Shown here piece by piece: positions 35,844 to 44,015 of a stretch of DNA of 64,000 nucleotides; position 1 is the stretch's first letter, and each line of letters starts with the position of its first letter. The DNA lies in NCBI GenBank assembly GCA_903895725.1, contig CAITUV010000063.1, forward strand, positions 51,902-115,901. The letters are read 5' to 3'. Made by a program: the position numbers and the translations under genes. The stretch comes from an uncultured Myxococcales bacterium (GTDB taxonomy: Bacteria; Myxococcota_A; UBA9042; CAIXZC01). The notes beneath the pieces are model-generated. The model made no database searches. It was not told the origin of the DNA and saw nothing but the letters and a program-made list of their open reading frames with translations.

Positions 35844-38585
35844 ATGTTGGCTCGACTTCCACCAGCCCCGGCTGCACCGATTGGCCTTCTGAGAAGCCTC
35901 CACCGGGTGCTCATTCCGCTGTCGCTGGCTCTCCTGGTCGCCTGCTCCGGCCGCCCCACCTGCCGCGATTCCTGCGAGCGGGTCGTGGCCCGAGTCATCG
36001 ATGACGCCCGGGCCGCCGGAGCCGATGCCGACCGGGCCGAAGCCGACATGGAGGTCGCCGTCTCCGCCTGCGTGGCAACCTGCGGTGGGGACTACGCTCC
36101 CAGTCTGTCGCAACCCTCCATGCCCCCCTCCGCCCCCGCAGGCGCCCCCGCGTCCCCTTGCTCCACTGCAGGCGCTCCTGCGTCCCCTTCAGGGGCCGTA
36201 CCAGCTCCTGCTTTCCCCCGTGCCACCGCTCCGGCCCTCACTTCGGAGCATGAGCGAGTCGAAGCCGAGCCGTGCCGGCTAGGGGGTGGGGTGGGCTGCC
36301 TCCGCTTCGAGCCCCGGTGCGCCGCACTCGCCGGAATCCCCTCCGCCTGTGACCGGCTGCCGGAAGGGGAGGAGCGAGACGACTGCTACGCCAACGCACG
36401 CATCCTTGCCGTCGTGTCCCGCCAAGCCGATGCCGTCTGCCCCCTGGCGCCTCCGGATGCGGCCTCCCTGTGCGGGGCGTTGTCAGGGGACCGGGACTGC
36501 GCCACTCTCGAGGCCGGGCGAGCCGAGATCTGCAGGCAGTTCCGCTCCGGCACTCCCGCATCCGATCCGGCCCGGTTTCTCCTGGCCGCAGCGCGGCATG
36601 ACCTTCAGCTCTGCACGGCCATTGAGGACGCCTCGGACCGGGCCTCCTGCACCGCGGCGTTGTCCGGCCCCGAGGCCTGCCCCACCGTGCTCGAGCTGTC
36701 GGCCGAGGCCTCGTCTTGCCTCGGGAGCACGCTGAAGGAGCCTCCCCCCCCGAGTGCTCCTGCCTCCCGTGCTCCGGAGTGGCTTCCCTCGGTCTTTGGC
36801 ATCCTGGAGCTGCTGTCCGCGGGCTTCTGGCTCTTCCTTCCGTTCTGGCTCGTCGGAGTCCTGAGACGGGGGCGAGAGGTGCTCAGCCCATCGGGGCTGG
36901 GCCTGAAGGCCTCTCCCAACCGACACCTGCACCCCGCTCTCTCCTGGCTCTCACGGCCCCCGTTCTCGTGGCTTTCCCGGCCCCCGTTCTCGTCGCTGGC
37001 CCGGCCCCCATTCTCGTCGCTGGCCCGGCCCCCGCTTGCCTGGCTCGGTCTGTCCGTGATGGCCTTCCTGCTCCTGCGTTTCCTCCTGGTGCCCCTGGCC
37101 CCTCTCAATTTCGCCGAGTATGGCCGACTTCTCCCTGGGCACGAGCAGGATCTCGCCCGGTTGGCGTACGCCTTCCAGCCCCTCCTGTTGCGGCCGCTTC
37201 AGGCGTTGCTCGGGTCTTCGTTCGACTCCGCATTCCTGTTGAACGGCCTGCTGGCCGTGCTCGCACAGGCGGCGCTGTTCGACGTCCTGATCTCGATGCG
37301 GGCCGGCCGTGCGGCGCTTCTCGCCGTGCCGCTCCTGGCGCTGAACCCGGTCTTCCTCCGCATGTCCGGGACCACGGCTGAGACCGTCGGTGCCGCGTTT
37401 GCCGCCCTCCTCCTGTTCGGCCTTGCGCTTCGGGCTCCTCGTGATCGGGGGGCAGCCATGGCACTGCCTCTCGGAGTCGCTCTGCTGGCGGCGTGGAGGC
37501 CCGAGGGAGTATTCCTGGCTCCCGTCCTCCTGCTCCCTGCCTTCGTCGAGGGGCTGGCAATCCGGTCGCGCACGGAACCGTTGTGGGTGGCGGCCACCCG
37601 GCCCTTGCTGCTCCTGGCCGCTCTGGGCGTGGAGATCCTGTTCCTCTTCCTGTTTCTCAAACTGCCTTTGCCAACCACCCCTGCAGGCCTTCTCCCCTCC
37701 CATGCCGTGGAGCTGCTCCGGGAGCTGCTTCTCCCCAGGTTCTTCTCGCCTTTGCTTCTCCCGTTGGCAGCGGCCGGAGCGGCCTTCTTCCTGTTCAGCG
37801 GCATGCGACGCGACGGGGCCCGGAGCACTCCGGATTCAGCGCCTGTTCCCGGGACGGCCTGGCGATTGGCAGCTCCTGCCCTTGCCGTCGTGCTCTCCAG
37901 CCTTCTCCTTCTGGCACTCTGGACGGTCCAGGGGGTGGAGAAGAACCTCGTCTTCGGCACATCCAGGTACGCCGTCATGCTGCTGCCCTGGCTTCTCCTG
38001 GCTGTCACGCTCCTCTTCCGAAGCGACACGTCCGGGGGGATGAAGCGAGCGGCTGCCCTGGTGGCGATCGTGCTGCTCTCCTATGTCCCTCAGTGGCCCC
38101 TGCTGTGGACGGAGGCGGACACGCAGACCGAGTTCCGCTTCCTCCGGGAGACGGTCACGCTTCTTCCGGACGAGGCCCTGGTGCTCGTCCCTGCGGCCCC
38201 GGCGGGGAATGACGAGTTTGCCCCCGAGGCAGCCGCCGCCTCGATCCTGGCTGACCGGCCCAACCCGGTATCCTGGATGCCGCTTGCCGATGGGGTCGAC
38301 GGCGACGCCCTGGCCACCCGCAGGCCGCTCTACCTGCTGACCGGGAGATACCCGGGGTGCGGGGACGTCGAGCGGTTGCGCCGCCGCTGTCGCCTGGTGC
38401 CGGTTGCCTCACTTCGTGTCGCTTCCAGGCCGGACCTGGCTCTCTTCCCAGTTCCGTGTCCCCGGGAGGGACCGACCCTCGACTTCTCATTGGAGCTCGT
38501 CTCGTGTCCCACCGCGATCCATTGGGCCGGGCGGGGACAGGCTCGTCATTCGGTGGGGTCCCCCGTCGAGCGGAACCCGAAGTAG
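35844..38585 (+). CDS. Fusion of an N-terminal Cys-rich exported domain and a polytopic membrane domain resembling GT-C glycosyltransferases
   Basis: LALLVAC lipobox-like motif; many spaced Cys; over 10 TM segments with LLALNPVFL..AET and LLAAWRPEG; C-terminal soluble domain. Confidence 0.7.
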   Translation: MLARLPPAPAAPIGLLRSLHRVLIPLSLALLVACSGRPTCRDSCERVVARVIDDARAAGADADRAEADMEVAVSACVATCGGDYAPSLSQPSMPPSAPAGAPASPCSTAGAPASPSGAVPAPAFPRATAPALTSEHERVEAEPCRLGGGVGCLRFEPRCAALAGIPSACDRLPEGEERDDCYANARILAVVSRQADAVCPLAPPDAASLCGALSGDRDCATLEAGRAEICRQFRSGTPASDPARFLLAAARHDLQLCTAIEDASDRASCTAALSGPEACPTVLELSAEASSCLGSTLKEPPPPSAPASRAPEWLPSVFGILELLSAGFWLFLPFWLVGVLRRGREVLSPSGLGLKASPNRHLHPALSWLSRPPFSWLSRPPFSSLARPPFSSLARPPLAWLGLSVMAFLLLRFLLVPLAPLNFAEYGRLLPGHEQDLARLAYAFQPLLLRPLQALLGSSFDSAFLLNGLLAVLAQAALFDVLISMRAGRAALLAVPLLALNPVFLRMSGTTAETVGAAFAALLLFGLALRAPRDRGAAMALPLGVALLAAWRPEGVFLAPVLLLPAFVEGLAIRSRTEPLWVAATRPLLLLAALGVEILFLFLFLKLPLPTTPAGLLPSHAVELLRELLLPRFFSPLLLPLAAAGAAFFLFSGMRRDGARSTPDSAPVPGTAWRLAAPALAVVLSSLLLLALWTVQGVEKNLVFGTSRYAVMLLPWLLLAVTLLFRSDTSGGMKRAAALVAIVLLSYVPQWPLLWTEADTQTEFRFLRETVTLLPDEALVLVPAAPAGNDEFAPEAAAASILADRPNPVSWMPLADGVDGDALATRRPLYLLTGRYPGCGDVERLRRRCRLVPVASLRVASRPDLALFPVPCPREGPTLDFSLELVSCPTAIHWAGRGQARHSVGSPVERNPK
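36942..37037 (+). repeat. In-frame 24-bp repeat, 4 copies (S[WS]L[SA]RPP[FL])
   Basis: SWLSRPPF SWLSRPPF SSLARPPF SSLARPPL between TM segments. Confidence 0.85.
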
Positions 38586-40039
38586 TCGAGCCAGCGATAC
38601 ACCTGTCGGCGGTCGCACCCATAGTGGCGGGCGATGGCGGACACGTTGCCCGACAGCTCGGCGAAGACTCCGAGGAACTCCTCTCGTGGCGGCGGTCCTG
38701 ACCTTCGATGCCGCACGTTCGGGCCCTGCATCCAATCCTGGCGCTGTGACCCGTCTGCAGGCGGGGACTCCACGGCGGTCGGTGGGATTTCGTCTCCTTG
38801 CCGGCCTGCAGGCTCCCCGGGGTGTTGCCCGTCCCCGTCCAAGGGGATCGGAGCGAGCTGCTCGAGCGCCCTCGTGACCGAAGAGACCGATGCCCGCTCG
38901 GCCATCTCCTCCACGGTCCGAAGCGGGACGCCCGGATTCCGTCTTGCCGTGCGGACCGACTTGATGAGCTGTCTCACGTTGCGGGGCCAGGGGTGCAACA
39001 GCAGCTCCTCGGCAAGCTGCAGCGAGAGCTGGAACGTCCCATTGTCCGGCTGCTCGCTGTCCAGCCCCCACAGGGCCAGCGACAGGATGTCCTCACGGCG
39101 TTCCCGCAGCGGCGGAATCAGGAGGACGTGGTCCTCCAGCCGACCCAGCAGGTCGGAGCGGAACCCTGCCTGAGAATCCTGGAGTGCCCCGAAGTTGTTG
39201 GTAGCCGCAATGATCTTCACGTCGACGGCCTGCTCCTGCGTGCCGCCGACCGGAACCACCTTGTGTTCCTCCACTGCCCGCAGGAGCTTGACCTGCAGCC
39301 GGACGGGAACCTCGCCGATCTCGTCCAGCAGCAAGGTGCCCCCGTGGGCCTCGGCAAACACTCCTGCCTGGGCGATGTCCGCCCCTGTATACGCCCCCTT
39401 CACGCTGCCAAAGAGCGTGCTCTCCATGAGGGTTTCCGGGACGGCAGCACAGTTGACCGCAAGGTATCGCCCTCTCCGGCCGCTCAGGAGATGCAGCGTG
39501 TGGGCCAGAAGGTCCTTGCCGGTTCCTGTCTCTCCAAGGAGCAGCACGTTTCCCCTGTCCTGGGCAGCAAGCTGCAGCTCGGCCAGTAGACGGGCAACGG
39601 GCTGACTCTGCCCCACCACGTGGTATTGCCGGTACTTCCTGAGGTCGGCCGGCGGCTGGGCGGTGAGGACGAAAAGCGAGTTGCCCGCCCGGACCACGTC
39701 CTGCGGGCCGATCCAGGACGACTGGACCTGTCGGCCGTTGACGAACGTCCCGTTCGAGCTTCTCAGGTCGTCCACTCTCCACCGGCCTCGATCGAAGGCC
39801 ACCGAGAAGTGGTTGCGGGAGACGGCCTCGTCGTCGACGACCCAGCTCGGCGTCCCGACCGGCTCTCGACCCACCACGATCTGCTTCTCGACTCGCACCA
39901 TCGGAAGCGGCCAGCCGGAGCGATTCGCCATGGGGAATACCCGGCAAAGCCAGATGCCGGGGGGGCCGTTGCTCCCGTCTGCCCGAGGAGGATCCTGCTT
40001 GACCGTGATGCCTTTGATCACAGGAGGCGAAGTATCCAT
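38546..40039 (-). CDS. FHA-domain sigma54-dependent transcriptional activator
   Basis: FHA (VGRE, VSRNH, DDLRSSNGTFVNG); GETGTGKD, VNCAA, ESTLFGSVKGAYTGA, LLLDEIGE, WPRNVRQL; C-terminal HTH; convergent overlap with the upstream CDS. Confidence 0.95.
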   Translation of the reverse strand: MDTSPPVIKGITVKQDPPRADGSNGPPGIWLCRVFPMANRSGWPLPMVRVEKQIVVGREPVGTPSWVVDDEAVSRNHFSVAFDRGRWRVDDLRSSNGTFVNGRQVQSSWIGPQDVVRAGNSLFVLTAQPPADLRKYRQYHVVGQSQPVARLLAELQLAAQDRGNVLLLGETGTGKDLLAHTLHLLSGRRGRYLAVNCAAVPETLMESTLFGSVKGAYTGADIAQAGVFAEAHGGTLLLDEIGEVPVRLQVKLLRAVEEHKVVPVGGTQEQAVDVKIIAATNNFGALQDSQAGFRSDLLGRLEDHVLLIPPLRERREDILSLALWGLDSEQPDNGTFQLSLQLAEELLLHPWPRNVRQLIKSVRTARRNPGVPLRTVEEMAERASVSSVTRALEQLAPIPLDGDGQHPGEPAGRQGDEIPPTAVESPPADGSQRQDWMQGPNVRHRRSGPPPREEFLGVFAELSGNVSAIARHYGCDRRQVYRWLDYFGFRSTGDPTE

Positions 40040-40217
40040 GTCGTCCCGCGCATCAATCTCCCAAAACCAACGAAACCACCGCCCGCATGATATGCGGTTG
40101 TTCCCCGCCTGTCCACTCAAAACGAGCCTCTGGCGACGCACCATGAGTCCTCAACTTCCCACTCCGGCAGTCTCCTTCTCTCTCGCTGCAGCGGGGAATT
40201 CCTGGTCTTTTTTGAGA

Positions 40218-40246
40218 TTGCAGTAAGGGCCGGGGAGTGCTAGGCT
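40218..40246 (+). promoter_or_regulatory. Putative sigma70 promoter of the zinc-ribbon gene
   Basis: TTGCAG-N17-TAGGCT with TGn extension. Confidence 0.45.
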
Positions 40247-40281
40247 ATGGCCCGTGTTTTGTGGAGGTGTGCCCGCTGGCA

Positions 40282-41247
40282 ATGAGCGAGCAGTTCATCT
40301 GCATCAGTTGCTGGAAGGAGTTCACTGCGGCTGCCGAAGAGGTGGCGGCTCGCGGGGGCAAAGTGGTGTGCCCACTTTGCGGCTACGTCCAGACCAGCGG
40401 TGCTGACGTGGATGCCGTGGTTCACAACCCCTCTCATCCACAACCCAAGCTCGAGAATCCCGGGGCCGAGATCGACAAGACGATCTCCCAGGAGCTGGCC
40501 TGGGGAAACGTGTCCTCCGATGAGGACGATCTCCCCATCGGCGAAGAGGAGCACACAGACCGGGTCGACGTCCCGGCCGACGTCATGCTGTTGAAGCGCG
40601 ATTCCCACCCCGAGGGAGAGGTCGCCTTCGATTCCGGCGAGGCGGACGAGCCCACTCCCCTGGAGCCCATTCGACTCCCCGGCAGCCGGGAGCCTTCGGC
40701 CGGAGTCCTGGTGCGCGACATGAGCCCGCTGGCTCAGCCGGGAAGGACCCCGGCGCAGCCCAGGGTCGTCTCCTGGCAGCTCAAGACTCCGTCGGGCCTC
40801 ACCTTCAAGTTCACCGACCCGGAAGCTCTCCTGGGGTGGAAGAAGAAACTGGCCACCTACAAGGAGCTCCACGTGTCTCCGGATGGCGAGCGCTGGGTCG
40901 ATTTCGCTCGTTTCGTCCGCGAGTTCGAGGAGCTCGGCGATCCGATGAAGGCCTTCATCCTCTCCTCGAGCCTCGGAGATGCCGACTTGCCCCCGCCCAC
41001 TCCTGTCGACGTCTCGGAGGATTCCGACTCCGCTGAGAGCACCGGCGAGGACGTCACGGCAGGACGCTCCTCCAGCCGTCCCTCCAACCAGGTCACCACC
41101 GGCGTGGGCTTCACGTTCAAGGTCAAGGAGGAGCGTGAGGCAGGCTGGGGTCGCTATCTCCTCTTTGCCATCCTCGGCGTCGGCCTCGGAGCCGGAATCA
41201 TCATGGCAGTGCTCTACCTGACGGGCAACTGGACCCCCGTCCCCTAG
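40282..41247 (+). CDS. Zinc-ribbon plus GYF-like cytoplasmic protein with C-terminal TM anchor
   Basis: CISC..CPLC; WQLKTPSGLTFKF..L..W..VSPDGERW; terminal hydrophobic helix; GGAGG RBS. Confidence 0.8.
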   Translation: MSEQFICISCWKEFTAAAEEVAARGGKVVCPLCGYVQTSGADVDAVVHNPSHPQPKLENPGAEIDKTISQELAWGNVSSDEDDLPIGEEEHTDRVDVPADVMLLKRDSHPEGEVAFDSGEADEPTPLEPIRLPGSREPSAGVLVRDMSPLAQPGRTPAQPRVVSWQLKTPSGLTFKFTDPEALLGWKKKLATYKELHVSPDGERWVDFARFVREFEELGDPMKAFILSSSLGDADLPPPTPVDVSEDSDSAESTGEDVTAGRSSSRPSNQVTTGVGFTFKVKEEREAGWGRYLLFAILGVGLGAGIIMAVLYLTGNWTPVP

Positions 41248-41272
41248 CGTCCAGGCATCGAGAGTCAAGTCT

Positions 41273-41469
41273 GAGCGAATGAGGCGTGGCTCCAAGGCCA
41301 CGTCGCAGTGAGCAACGAGCGTAGCTGCTGAGGCGACCATGCCAGAGGCACGAGACAGGACCAGCTGCAAGGCGCGAACGAGCGAGCGAATGAGGCGTGG
41401 CCCGCGCCACGTCGCAGTGAGCAAGCGACCGAGCTACGCCGCAGATGGTCCTGTATTCGTGACTCTGGC
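41273..41469. mobile_element. MITE-like palindromic element (41341-41469) preceded by a partial second copy of its core
   Basis: About 28-bp imperfect TIR GCCAGAG[G/T]CACGA..CAGGACCA[G/T]CTGC; core GAGCGAATGAGGCGTGGC..GCCACGTCGCAGTGAGCAA at 41273-41315 and 41384-41424. Confidence 0.7.
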
Positions 41470-43616
41470 TACTGCTTGCGGAGGACGAAGGGATAGTTGA
41501 CCTTCACGACGCCGCCACCCTGGGGAGCCGGGAAGCGCCAGGTCATGATCTTCTGCTCGACGCACCCTTCCAGCTCCTTGTCCGCCAGGGAGGAGTTGAT
41601 CACCTTGGCCGACATGACCGATCCGGTCGGGGAAATCACGAAGGAAACAGTGAGCTTGCCTTCCAGCTCGGGGTTCTTCTGGAACGCCTTCTGGTAGCAC
41701 CACCGGATCTTGGCAAGCTGCTTGCGGATGTAGTTCTTGACGACCTCGCGGTCCAGCTTGCCGCCACCCGACATGTCGAAGTTGGCCGACGGCGTGATCT
41801 TGACCGCCTTGTCCTTGAACTTCGGGTTCTTGACCGAGCTCGAGACCTTCTTCTTGTCGAGCTCCTCGAAGTCCTTGCCCGAGATGAGGTTGTCCCCTCT
41901 CATGGCCGCTCCGTCGGCACCGACCGATCCGGCAAACCCACCGGCACCGGCCGCTCCGCCTTCGCCTTCCAGCCCGGAGCCGGAGCCGGCCACGCCCGAC
42001 AGATCGAACGGGTCGCTGTCCGCAGAGCCGCCCAGATCCATGCCGCCGGACCCGAGACCGCTGATGGCCAGATCTCCCACCGGCTGGAACGAAGAATCGA
42101 TGTCCATCCCGCCGGCACCGAAGTTGGACCCCACCACCTTCATACCCGCGTTGTTCAGGGCCGCCAGAGCACCGGTCGACCGGACCTTGTCCTTGGAGAC
42201 CGGCGTGCTCATCGAGGAAAGCTTCTTCTTGTCCGACTTGGTCTTGAGGTCGCTGACGAGCGACTTCTTCTCCGCCGTGGTGAACGCCACCTTCTTGGTG
42301 ACGACCCGCTTCTCCTCGACCACCTTCTCTTCCAGGAGCGGATCCTTCTCGACTTCCTCGTCCAACGGCTCGTCCTCGTCCTTCTTCACTTCCTCCTGCT
42401 TCTCCTCCTTCTTCTTCTCCTTCTCGACGTCGTCCTTCTTCTTCTCCTCCTCTTCCTTCTTCTGCTTCTCGGCCTTGATCAGGGTCTTGAAGGAGCGGGA
42501 CTGGGCCGCTGCAAGCTTCACCACCCGCTCGGTCTTGGGGGCCGCCATCATCGACAGCAGGAAGAGCGCACACAGGAAGAATGCCAGCCCGAAGCTCGAC
42601 AGGAACGGGACGTTGATCTCGCCCAGCAGACCGGCCTTGGGTTCCCGCAGGGACGGATCGAGACCCAGGATGAACGTGACATGGCCGATCTCGATGCGGG
42701 CCCGGGTCTTGTAGTCCAGGGGCAACAGGTTCTTCTCCCGCATGAACGAGGTCTTCTTGATGTCCTCGACCGGCAGGATCTGCCCTTCCATCATGATTCG
42801 GCCGCGCACGGCCTGGTTCTCCAGGTTCAGCGCCGGCTTGTTCTTGTAGGACACGATGAGGTCATAGTCCTCGGACCCCAGGAGATCCTGCGGTACGAAG
42901 AAGTCCGCCCGCTTCGACTGGCCCACCCGGATTGATTTGAACTGTGCCTCCCGAGGCCAGGCAAACAGATCCTTGACCATGACGAAGACCATGATGTCCG
43001 TGATGATGAAGCACACGATCACCGCGGTCAGGGCCGGGCCGTAGTCAGCCATCTTGCCGGCAACGTACATGCTCCGCAGGGACGAGTAGTACGCCCAGAC
43101 GAACCATAGCTCCACCGCCAGCACCGACACCGTGAACGCGATGCTGTGCACGATGTGCTTGGCCGATTTGCCGAACCGGCTGACCGCAACCACCGAGTCG
43201 CCCCACATCTGAGCGATGTTGAGCACCGGGCGGTGCACCAACTCGTACGACTTCCACTTCGCCCCGTCGCGGGCCGAAGCCTTCGGAACCGGCGCCTCGG
43301 CGGCCTTCTTGACCCGAATCGCCAGCGTCGTGTCGCCCACCTTGAGCTCGTCTCCGTCGGACAGCAGGATGCTCTCCGCGATCCGGTTCCCGTGCAGGTA
43401 AGTGCCCGTGCTGGTCCCCAGGTCACGCAGCCGAACGGCCCCCTCCGGAGACACTTCGATGCGGGCGTGCTCTTTGCCCGCTGCCGTCTCCTCGAGCGGT
43501 ACGTCGCACGATACGGCGCGGCCAATCAGGAAGGAGCTCTTCGAGAAGGTGTACGGCTTCTCCTTCCCCGATGCATCCCGGACGACGACTGTGATTTCTA
43601 CCTTGCTCTGGCTCAT
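41469..43616 (-). CDS. gltG: GltG/PglI-like protein: FHA domain, TM, periplasmic linker, TonB_C-like domain
   Basis: IGRA..HARI..DLGTSTGTYLHG; QMWGD; LDREVVKNYIRKQLAKIRWCYQK..LEGKLTVSFVI..WRFPAPQGGGVVKVNYPF. Confidence 0.85.
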   Translation of the reverse strand: MSQSKVEITVVVRDASGKEKPYTFSKSSFLIGRAVSCDVPLEETAAGKEHARIEVSPEGAVRLRDLGTSTGTYLHGNRIAESILLSDGDELKVGDTTLAIRVKKAAEAPVPKASARDGAKWKSYELVHRPVLNIAQMWGDSVVAVSRFGKSAKHIVHSIAFTVSVLAVELWFVWAYYSSLRSMYVAGKMADYGPALTAVIVCFIITDIMVFVMVKDLFAWPREAQFKSIRVGQSKRADFFVPQDLLGSEDYDLIVSYKNKPALNLENQAVRGRIMMEGQILPVEDIKKTSFMREKNLLPLDYKTRARIEIGHVTFILGLDPSLREPKAGLLGEINVPFLSSFGLAFFLCALFLLSMMAAPKTERVVKLAAAQSRSFKTLIKAEKQKKEEEEKKKDDVEKEKKKEEKQEEVKKDEDEPLDEEVEKDPLLEEKVVEEKRVVTKKVAFTTAEKKSLVSDLKTKSDKKKLSSMSTPVSKDKVRSTGALAALNNAGMKVVGSNFGAGGMDIDSSFQPVGDLAISGLGSGGMDLGGSADSDPFDLSGVAGSGSGLEGEGGAAGAGGFAGSVGADGAAMRGDNLISGKDFEELDKKKVSSSVKNPKFKDKAVKITPSANFDMSGGGKLDREVVKNYIRKQLAKIRWCYQKAFQKNPELEGKLTVSFVISPTGSVMSAKVINSSLADKELEGCVEQKIMTWRFPAPQGGGVVKVNYPFVLRKQ

Positions 43617-43636
43617 TGCACCAACCTATCCACGGG

Positions 43637-43891
43637 CTAGAGGTCCTCAGCCGATCGAACGATCTCGTCCACAAAATCCTGTCGGATCTTGATCAGGCTG
43701 GCGATCTTCTCCTGCTCGATCACGCCGACGAAGCCCATCTCCGGCTTGAGGAAGCTCACGGTCACCTCGTCCTCCTCGAAGTTGAAGACCGTCTCGTCGG
43801 CCCCCTTCTTCTTGTCCTTGGCCTGGACCAGGGCTGGCAGCCCGATGGAGAACGCCACTGCCACTGCGACCATCGTCAGAAGCCTCTTCAT
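43637..43891 (-). CDS. gltF: GltF/CglF-like small exported protein
   Basis: Signal peptide; TVFNFEEDEV..LKPE..SLIKIRQDFVDEIVRSAEDL; located between gltE and gltG. Confidence 0.8.
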   Translation of the reverse strand: MKRLLTMVAVAVAFSIGLPALVQAKDKKKGADETVFNFEEDEVTVSFLKPEMGFVGVIEQEKIASLIKIRQDFVDEIVRSAEDL

Positions 43892-43914
43892 GGTCTTCCT
43901 CCCATTGCGACCCG

Positions 43915-43920
43915 ATTATA
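43915..43920 (-). promoter_or_regulatory. Perfect TATAAT -10 upstream of gltF (possible internal promoter)
   Basis: TATAAT 24 bp before ATG 43891 in a 124-bp gap; no clear -35. Confidence 0.35.
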
Positions 43921-44015
43921 GCTCACTCTCCCCCAATGCACCATAGTCGCCGTATTGCCCGGTTCCAAACCCCGGCAGGCGGCGCACTGACACCCGACCC
44001 CATGCCGGGTTCCCA

